Shown here piece by piece: positions 19,176 through 25,837 of a stretch of 25,837 nucleotides of DNA. Numbering within the stretch: position 1 is the stretch's first letter; each line of letters starts with the position of its first letter. Under the pieces are notes generated by a model. That model had not been told where the DNA came from, did no database searches, and saw nothing but the letters and a program-made list of their open reading frames with translations. Location of the stretch: positions 1-25,837 of the forward strand of contig JBMNQN010000014.1 of the NCBI GenBank assembly GCA_050944155.1, in the 5' to 3' direction. The stretch is from Candidatus Methanomethylophilaceae archaeon. GTDB taxonomy: Archaea; Thermoplasmatota; Thermoplasmata; Methanomassiliicoccales; Methanomethylophilaceae. A program made the translations under genes and the position numbers.

Positions 19176-19960
19176 AAATTCTGGCGGTGGGCTGCGGCGG
19201 CGCCGGCAGCAACATAGTCAGAAACCTTAACGGAATCTCCAAGGTTCTGGTTAATACGGATTCGGACAGCGATATCAGAATGGTTCCGGAAAACGTAAGG
19301 GGAACCGGAGGGGATTCGCTGATAGGCCGGGCTTTGGCCGAAGATTACGAAAAAAGCATAGACAGTCTTTTAACGGGATACGACAGCGTAATAGTCGCCG
19401 CTGGGCTGGGAGGAGGGACCGGAACAGGAATGGCTCCTCTCATATCCCAAAGAGCCAGATCTCTCGGCGCAAGGTGCGTCGCGTTCGTATGCCTGCCTAT
19501 GGTTTTCGAAGGACGCCGTCCTGCCGCCAAAGACGCTCTGATGGAGCTTATTTCTTTTTCCGACAGAATTTTCGTGATGGATTTGGAACGCGTGGGTACC
19601 GGTGACGCGTCTTTCGAAGAGCTGCTGAAAAAAGCGGACGTTCTGGCGGGAGACGCGGTTCTGCGCATATCGGAAATGCTCAGGGGACCGTTTTTCAGTC
19701 TCTTCAGCGAGAAGGTTTACACGATATCCGTCACGGACGGCGGGCTGAACAGGGAAGCGTTTCTGGAAGCCGTTTCGAGTCCGCTCTTCGAAGCCGATCC
19801 GGCGTACGGGAAGATAATTATCCAGACCGACGGAGAGTCTTACAGAAAAAAAGACGAAGTTTTTTCGGAAGTGGGTTCGATTACGGGAATACTTCCGGAG
19901 ATAATAGAAAGCGGAAGGCCCGGAACGTACGTGTTTATTCCCGTTTCTTCTCTTTTCTGA
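19172..19960 (+). CDS. ftsZ: Divergent short FtsZ/tubulin-family protein (probably FtsZ2-derived)
   Basis: GCGGAGSN, VNTD, GTGGD, tubulin signature GLGGGTGTG, P..FEG.R; T7 loop and C-terminal tail not recognisable; TTG start. Confidence 0.8.
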   Translation: MKILAVGCGGAGSNIVRNLNGISKVLVNTDSDSDIRMVPENVRGTGGDSLIGRALAEDYEKSIDSLLTGYDSVIVAAGLGGGTGTGMAPLISQRARSLGARCVAFVCLPMVFEGRRPAAKDALMELISFSDRIFVMDLERVGTGDASFEELLKKADVLAGDAVLRISEMLRGPFFSLFSEKVYTISVTDGGLNREAFLEAVSSPLFEADPAYGKIIIQTDGESYRKKDEVFSEVGSITGILPEIIESGRPGTYVFIPVSSLF

Positions 19961-20648
19961 GATCTTTGGCGGCGTCTCCGAACACGCCCATTATCGTGTA
20001 AAATTCGTATTTGGTGGGAACCGAACGCCCCATCATTTTTCTGAACATCAGGGAGGTGCGGTTCCTTCTCACTTCCGGATAGTTTATCGCGTCGAGAAGG
20101 TCGTCGAAGAATCCGAACATAAGTTCTTTTTCCATTATGCTCGCCGGCACGGGACTGGGAGTGACGCTGTGGGTTCTGAAAAGTTCGTAAAGTATTATTC
20201 CCGCGGCGTGGGATAGGTTAAGCGTAGGATATTCTTCGCTTGCGGGTATGTGCACGAAAACGTCGCACTTATCCAGTTCTTCCTGGTACAGTCCCACGTC
20301 TTCCCGTCCCAGAACGACCGCGATCTTCTCTCCGTATTCTTTTATGTCTTCCGCGAATTTGTTCGCGGTCACTGGGATTCTGGAATAGTTGTTCGGGCCT
20401 TTGGTTATCGTCCCGCTCGTTCCGGCAACGAGAAAGCATCCGTCCAGCGCTTCGGCGAGGGTTTCGAAGGTTCTGGCACTTTCCAAAACTCCGCATCCGT
20501 GTTTGGCTCTGCGGTAAGCGTCGTCTCCGAGGGGACAGGGGTTGACCAGACAGAGGTCGCCGAAACCGAAGTTGGCCATAAGCCTGGCAACCGCGCCCAC
20601 GTTGCCTTCGAATTTGGGTTCCACGAGTACGACTCTCACGTCGGGCAT
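19935..20648 (-). CDS. trmJ: SPOUT RNA methyltransferase, TrmJ/LasT family
   Basis: RVVLVEPKFEGNVGAVAR.MANFG, VLGREDVGL..EEL..CD, IPASEEYPTLNLSHA. Confidence 0.88.
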   Translation of the reverse strand: MPDVRVVLVEPKFEGNVGAVARLMANFGFGDLCLVNPCPLGDDAYRRAKHGCGVLESARTFETLAEALDGCFLVAGTSGTITKGPNNYSRIPVTANKFAEDIKEYGEKIAVVLGREDVGLYQEELDKCDVFVHIPASEEYPTLNLSHAAGIILYELFRTHSVTPSPVPASIMEKELMFGFFDDLLDAINYPEVRRNRTSLMFRKMMGRSVPTKYEFYTIMGVFGDAAKDLRKEKKRE

Positions 20649-20702
20649 GGGCCGTGCCTATTGTCTGAAAATACTTAAAACAAAGGTTGCTTATTCATCG
20701 GT

Positions 20703-21455
20703 ATGGCCGTACCGAAAAACCATCCGAGATACGAGTCCCTTATGACACGGGAGAGACTGCAGGAGATGGTCGCCCGCGGGATAGTTTCCCCGACGGGCAT
20801 GATTTCCCACGGCAGAGGTGAGGCCTTCGATTACCTTATGGGAGAAAAATCCACGGCGGCGGCTCTGGAAGCCGAGAAAGCCGCGGCGGCTTTTCTTCTG
20901 AACGCGGAACGTCCGGTCGTGTGCGTGAACGGAAACGCCGCGGCGCTGGGCGCGAAACAGCTGATAAAAACCGCCGAAGCCGTCGGAGCCAAAATAGAAG
21001 TCAACATTTTCCACCGCTCGGAAGAGAGGATGGAATCGATAATAGAATATATGGAATCGGAAGGTGCCGGAAATGTTCTGGGACGCAACCCCGACGCGCG
21101 CATTCCCGGCCTTACGTCCGACCGCGCCCTGTGCACAGAAGAGGGAATATTCAATTCAGACGTAATACTGGTGCCCATAGAGGACGGGGACAGGGCGGAA
21201 GCACTGGTGAATATGGGAAAAACGGTTATTTCCATAGACCTGAACCCCCTGTCGCGGACTTCGAAGAAGGCGTCGGTGTCCATATCCGACGAAATGAACC
21301 GCGCTCTCGCAAACATAATAAAATCCGCGGAAGAGCTCAAAAAAGACGGGAGCCGGATAGCGGAAATAATAAACGGTTACGATAACGGCTCGGTACGCAG
21401 GCGCACCGTTGCTGAGATATGCGGATTTTTGAAAAAATCGATTGAAGAGGAATGA
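20703..21455 (+). CDS. pps: 4-phosphopantoate--beta-alanine ligase (archaeal phosphopantothenate synthetase)
   Basis: P..HPRY.SL..RE, SHGRGEAFDYLMGE, VNGNAAAL, LVPIEDGDRAEAL, IDLNPLSRT. Confidence 0.92.
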   Translation: MAVPKNHPRYESLMTRERLQEMVARGIVSPTGMISHGRGEAFDYLMGEKSTAAALEAEKAAAAFLLNAERPVVCVNGNAAALGAKQLIKTAEAVGAKIEVNIFHRSEERMESIIEYMESEGAGNVLGRNPDARIPGLTSDRALCTEEGIFNSDVILVPIEDGDRAEALVNMGKTVISIDLNPLSRTSKKASVSISDEMNRALANIIKSAEELKKDGSRIAEIINGYDNGSVRRRTVAEICGFLKKSIEEE

Positions 21456-22696
21456 AGATGGAAGAACTGAAAAGAGGAATACTCAGACTCCGCTGGGCGG
21501 AAGACCACATGCCAGTGATGAAGTCGATAAGAAACCGTTTCATCAAAGAAAAACCGTTCGAGGGACTGAAAATAGGAATGGCCCTCCACACCGAAGCCAA
21601 GACGGGAATACTCGCGATAACCCTGGCGGACGGAGGAGCGGACATCAGACTGGCAAGCTGCAACCCCCTGTCCACGGACGATTCCGTAGCTCTGGCACTC
21701 AGGGAAGAATACGGTCTTAACGTATATGCGAAGAAGGGAGAAACCGCGGCCGAATACTGTACCAACCTGAACAGCGTTCTCAACATGGCTCCCGATTACG
21801 TGATAGACGACGGGGCGGATCTGATTGCGATGCTGCACACTTCCCGCAGGGACGTTCTCAGAAACATCAAGGGAGCAAACGAAGAGACGACCACCGGAGT
21901 TCTCAGAACCAGAGCGATGGAAAAAGAAGGCCGTCTGGAGTTTCCCGTGATGGCCGTGAACGACGCTCAGATGAAGTTCCTTTTCGACAACAGATACGGA
22001 ACCGGACAGTCGGCATTCGAAGGATGGATGACCGCCACGAACCTGATCATAGCGGGAAAACGTCTGGTTGTCGCGGGATACGGATGGTGCGGAAAGGGAG
22101 TCGCCATGAGGGCCAAAGGTCTGGGCGCCCTCGTAACCGTTACGGAAGTCGATCCGATCAAAGCCATAGAAGCGAAAATGGACGGATTCGAAGTCATGAG
22201 GATGGCGGATGCCGTGAAAACCGCCGACATCGTTCTGACGGTGACCGGATGCAACGACATCCTCACCGCGAAAGAGTTCGCCCGCATGAAAGACGGCTGT
22301 ATAATGGGAAACGTGGGCCACTTCGACAACGAAATCAACGGAAACGATCTCAGAAAGATGGCCGTGTCTTCCGAAAAGGTGAGGGACTACATAGACGAGT
22401 ATGTGATGGAGGACGGACGCAAACTTTATCTCATTACGGACGGACGTCTTATGAATCTCGCCGCCGGCCAGGGTCACCCCGCCGAAATCATGGACATGAG
22501 TTTTGCCGTTCAGGCGATGAGCATAGAGTATCTCGTCAACAACCACGGAATGATGGACAACAGGGTGTACTCCGTTCCCCACAAAATCGACAGAGCCATA
22601 GCCGAACTGAAACTGAAATCTATGAACATAAAGATAGACAAACTTTCGGACAGCCAGATCGAATACCTGGGAGGATGGGAGGAAGGCACCGGATGA
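21452..22696 (+). CDS. ahcY: Adenosylhomocysteinase (SAH hydrolase)
   Basis: HMPVM, LHTEAKT, SCNPLST, DDGADL, EETTTG, FDNRYGTGQS, GYGWCGKG, GHPAEIMDMSF. Confidence 0.97.
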   Translation: MKMEELKRGILRLRWAEDHMPVMKSIRNRFIKEKPFEGLKIGMALHTEAKTGILAITLADGGADIRLASCNPLSTDDSVALALREEYGLNVYAKKGETAAEYCTNLNSVLNMAPDYVIDDGADLIAMLHTSRRDVLRNIKGANEETTTGVLRTRAMEKEGRLEFPVMAVNDAQMKFLFDNRYGTGQSAFEGWMTATNLIIAGKRLVVAGYGWCGKGVAMRAKGLGALVTVTEVDPIKAIEAKMDGFEVMRMADAVKTADIVLTVTGCNDILTAKEFARMKDGCIMGNVGHFDNEINGNDLRKMAVSSEKVRDYIDEYVMEDGRKLYLITDGRLMNLAAGQGHPAEIMDMSFAVQAMSIEYLVNNHGMMDNRVYSVPHKIDRAIAELKLKSMNIKIDKLSDSQIEYLGGWEEGTG

Positions 22697-23610
22697 AACC
22701 CTTTCTTTCCGTCTACGGCCACGTGACCGTGGACAGCATAGTTTCGGTGGATAAATTTCCGAGACTTAATACAACCGAAGACATAACATCCAAAAAGACG
22801 TTTCTAGGGGGAACGGGAACCAACATCGCCGTGGCCGCCGCGAAACTGGGAGTGCCTACGGCACTGTGTGCGCTTGTAGGGAACGATTTTCCCGAGAAAT
22901 ACAAAAAATTCATCGAGGATTCCGGAGTCATTACGGACGAATTCATAAACGTCGACGGTTGGGAGTCTTCCTCGGCAATCGTGGTGAACGATCCCAATCT
23001 GGATCAGGTGGTTTACTTTTTTCAGGGTCCCCAGGGATTCGCTTCGCAGATAGGGGTAAGGATGACGAAGATGGCGTCCCAGTCGGAATACGTCCATTTC
23101 TGCACGGGGGAGCCCGATTATTACATTTCGATTATGAAAGAAATCCGTTCGGATAAGATTAAAACGGCCATTGACCCGGCTCAGGAAGTCCACAGACTGT
23201 GGAACGAAAAGAACCTGCGGGAAGCCGTAAAATATTCGGATTTTCTGTTCTGCAACAGGTACGAAGCCGAATCGGTGATGAAGCATCTGGGTATTTCTTC
23301 TATGAGGGATACCGGCGAGGAACTCGCCGTGTGCACGAAGGGAGGCGAAGGCAGCACCGCTTACATAAAATCGGAAGAAACCGAAATACCGTTAATCAAA
23401 GGAAAGAAAGCAACCGACGCCACCGGCGCCGGAGATACGTACAGAGCGGGATTCTATGCCGGACTGTATCACGGCATGAGCATACGGGATTCTCTGGTGA
23501 TGGGAGCTTCGGTAGCCTCGTTCACCGTGGAAAAGAAAGGAGCCCTGTCTAACGTGCCCACGTGGGAACAGGCATACGGAAGGGCTGAAGAATTTCTCTC
23601 GAAGGAATGA
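22693..23610 (+). CDS. PfkB family carbohydrate/nucleoside kinase
   Basis: GGTGTNIAV...KLG, VGNDF, DPAQE, N.YE, TKGGEGS, DATGAGDTYRAG; start ATG 22693 overlaps the ahcY stop. Confidence 0.9.
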   Translation: MKPFLSVYGHVTVDSIVSVDKFPRLNTTEDITSKKTFLGGTGTNIAVAAAKLGVPTALCALVGNDFPEKYKKFIEDSGVITDEFINVDGWESSSAIVVNDPNLDQVVYFFQGPQGFASQIGVRMTKMASQSEYVHFCTGEPDYYISIMKEIRSDKIKTAIDPAQEVHRLWNEKNLREAVKYSDFLFCNRYEAESVMKHLGISSMRDTGEELAVCTKGGEGSTAYIKSEETEIPLIKGKKATDATGAGDTYRAGFYAGLYHGMSIRDSLVMGASVASFTVEKKGALSNVPTWEQAYGRAEEFLSKE

Positions 23611-23611
23611 C

Positions 23612-24166
23612 ATGATTATCGCTTTGACGGGAACGCCGGGGACGGGAAAGACTTCCGCCGGCAGGGAACTGAGAAAACGGGGTTACCACGTAACCGATCT
23701 TTCGGAACTTATTTCGTCGGAAGGACTGAAGGAAGAGTACGACGCCGAAAGAGACACGTACGAAGTGGATACGGACAGGCTGTCGGAATACATAGCGGAT
23801 TCGGACGGAATAACGTTCATCGAAGGACATCTGGCACATCTCCTCCCGTGCGACATGATAATCGTGATGAGATGCCGTCCCGATGTGCTTGCCGAAAGGC
23901 TGCGCGGCAGATGTTACGGGGGATGCAAAATAAGAGAAAACGTTCAGGCGGAGATTCTGGACGTGATACTGTGCGAATCCGTGTCATCGGGCATACCTGT
24001 TTATGAAGTGGACAGTACATCACTTACCGCCGAAGAGTCCGCCGATTTGATAGAAAAAATAGCGGAAGGCGGAACGGAAGGGTTCGAACCTGGAAATACG
24101 GATTGGACAAAGGAGGCGGAAAAATGGTTCTGGACGGACAGAGAGACAAAGCCGAATTCGCACTGA
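23612..24166 (+). CDS. Adenylate kinase family protein (Fap7/hCINAP-like)
   Basis: ALTGTPGTGKT, FIEGHLAH, L.ERL..R.Y...KIRENVQAEILDVIL.E. Confidence 0.88.
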   Translation: MIIALTGTPGTGKTSAGRELRKRGYHVTDLSELISSEGLKEEYDAERDTYEVDTDRLSEYIADSDGITFIEGHLAHLLPCDMIIVMRCRPDVLAERLRGRCYGGCKIRENVQAEILDVILCESVSSGIPVYEVDSTSLTAEESADLIEKIAEGGTEGFEPGNTDWTKEAEKWFWTDRETKPNSH

Positions 24167-24759
24167 TGCCCGTAGCGAAAAGGATGATCAACGTAAATCC
24201 CAACTACATTTCGTGGGCAGGACTGATTCTGGCGTTGGTCGCAGGCGTGATACTTTACCGCAGCTGGCACAATCACTGGCTGCTTCTTTTGGGATCCTTT
24301 GTCGTCCTTCTTTCGGGATATTTCGACGCCCTGGACGGAAAGGTGGCGAAACTTTCCGGCAAAGCCTCTAAGAAAGGGGATTATCTGGACCACGTTTTCG
24401 ACAGATACGCGGACGTTTTCATGATAGGCGGCGTGGCGCTGAGCGGATGGGTCAATCCATATCTCGGCGCAATCGCTCTGGTGGGAGTTCTTCTCACTTC
24501 GTATATGGGAACCCAGGCCCAGGCCGTGGGCGCGCCCCGTCTGTACGCGGGTCTGCTGGGAAGGGCCGACAGAGTCATTTTGAATACGCTGTTTCCGATA
24601 ATTCAGTTCGTGATGCTGGCACTCGGTTACGGGGCGATAGAATGGGGCGTATATTCCGTATCATGGATGGAAGTAATGATTCTTTATTTCGCAATCATGG
24701 GGAACTTTACCGCCGTACAGCGTGCGATAATAACCTGGCGTTCCATGCCGGAAGAATGA
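24124..24759 (+). CDS. CDP-alcohol phosphatidyltransferase (archaeal lipid head-group synthase family)
   Basis: PN.IS, DALDGKVAK....S.KGDYLDHVFDRYAD motif; SD GGAGG before ATG 24124. Confidence 0.9.
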   Translation: MVLDGQRDKAEFALMPVAKRMINVNPNYISWAGLILALVAGVILYRSWHNHWLLLLGSFVVLLSGYFDALDGKVAKLSGKASKKGDYLDHVFDRYADVFMIGGVALSGWVNPYLGAIALVGVLLTSYMGTQAQAVGAPRLYAGLLGRADRVILNTLFPIIQFVMLALGYGAIEWGVYSVSWMEVMILYFAIMGNFTAVQRAIITWRSMPEE

Positions 24760-25794
24760 TTACTTTTCTTTCTGTCCGAAACCGGTTCCGGACTTTATCC
24801 TGTAATACGTGAGAGGATGGTTCATCTTCTCGCTTTTGCATAAGTTGTCTTCGTCAACGCATATTCCGTTCGTTTTCATGGTGGAACATTCCGGAGGGGT
24901 GTACCCGTCGGTTCCGGTGAGTTCCCCGGTTATGTGTTTTATTTGGTAAATCGACTTGGATTCGTCGAAGTCCGGAGACTGGGAAAAAAGACCCAGTATG
25001 TCCGCCGAATCCATTCCCAGAGCGTGAAGGAACGAAACCAGGGCGAATCTCGCGCTGTGGGGAAGGTTCATTCCGTTCTGCGTCTGTCCGAGTATCACGC
25101 GCATGCATGGAGGGAAATGTTCCGTATTGACGGGACCTCCCCCCGTGGGACTGAATCTGTTTTTCGTTTCAGAAAGAACGAGAGAGATGTGATCCAAATC
25201 CGATCTCATTTCTTTAACGAACTCTTCCGGTACGCCGAGGGGCAGTTCGGATTCTATGCGGTCCTGCAGAGCGTTTTGGAGAACCCTTCCGAATTTCTCC
25301 TGTGCCAGTACGACGTATCCGTTCTTGACTTCCGTGTTTATCAGCTTCCAATCGGGGCTTTTGATCCTGGAAGAAAATCTCAGATAATCGCCGAAATGCA
25401 TCTTCAGACCGTTTCCGTCCGCCGATGCGTTAACGTCCAGTTCTTTCGCGACGGAGGCCACGGTATCCTTTCCGTCGCTCCCGAGAAGTTTGTTCATTCT
25501 TACCGACTCGGCAAGAGCGTAGCGTTTCGTAAGGAAACGGTCGTTTACGCAGGACACCAGCATTCTGGCGTACGGATAGGACATGATTTCCATCAGACTG
25601 TCGTAATCGCTCATTAGAGGACGGTACGAAACTTCGCTGTGTTCCAGAGCGTCGAGAACCCGTTCTTTCCCCCGTTCCCTGGCGGGCGAATAGGATCCGG
25701 AAAACACCAGGGATTCGATATCCGCCCCGTTCTCTTCCGCAAGGGCCGAAGATTCTCTGAGGAAGGGATATCTGGCGGCGCGGACGGCGTTCAT
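24760..25794 (-). CDS. priL: DNA primase large subunit
   Basis: ARYPFL, RYALAES, WKLIN..V..G.V, FPPCM, NLPHSARF, YQIKHI, YTPPEC.TM...GIC (Fe-S cysteines), HPLTYY. Confidence 0.94.
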   Translation of the reverse strand: MNAVRAARYPFLRESSALAEENGADIESLVFSGSYSPARERGKERVLDALEHSEVSYRPLMSDYDSLMEIMSYPYARMLVSCVNDRFLTKRYALAESVRMNKLLGSDGKDTVASVAKELDVNASADGNGLKMHFGDYLRFSSRIKSPDWKLINTEVKNGYVVLAQEKFGRVLQNALQDRIESELPLGVPEEFVKEMRSDLDHISLVLSETKNRFSPTGGGPVNTEHFPPCMRVILGQTQNGMNLPHSARFALVSFLHALGMDSADILGLFSQSPDFDESKSIYQIKHITGELTGTDGYTPPECSTMKTNGICVDEDNLCKSEKMNHPLTYYRIKSGTGFGQKEK

Positions 25795-25837
25795 GTTATG
25801 CTGATGGGGAGAGGCGTTAATTACGTTTTCTTATCGG

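Noticed and set aside
22024-22692. Apparent 528-aa fusion upstream of the PfkB kinase
   Set aside because: Alternate frame inside ahcY, Arg-rich and non-protein-like; ATG 22693 overlaps the ahcY stop

Overview
Archaeal core-genome window of about 32 tightly packed genes, many with ATGA/GTGA/TTGA overlaps and several with apparently leaderless TATA promoters. Gene content and synteny point to Thermoplasmata, most likely a Methanomassiliicoccales methanogen (inference; no search run). It contains a cdc48-hsp20 operon upstream of an HTH regulator/hypothetical/CPBP-protease operon, trpB2, dapB, endA, tfb, purE-guaAb-EamA, the secE-spt5-rpl11-rpl1-rpl10-rpl12 cluster, a tandem CdrS-like RHH gene with a divergent ftsZ, trmJ, a pps-ahcY-PfkB kinase-adenylate kinase-CDP-alcohol transferase run, and priL. 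I saw no mobile elements, CRISPR arrays, tRNA or rRNA genes. Main observations: (1) an identical 19-bp promoter element is shared by the cdc48-hsp20 operon and the COG1395-type HTH operon, a candidate undescribed proteostasis regulon; (2) the FtsZ lacks its catalytic T7 loop and C-terminal tail, and ftsZ1 is absent from its usual position before secE; (3) a probable frameshifted gar1 remnant lies before tfb; (4) a uL1-binding-site-like hairpin covers the rpl1 SD; (5) 10-bp-phased TGTACA boxes precede trpB2; (6) the EamA gene has ACG where ATG is expected; (7) no called gene ends in TAG.
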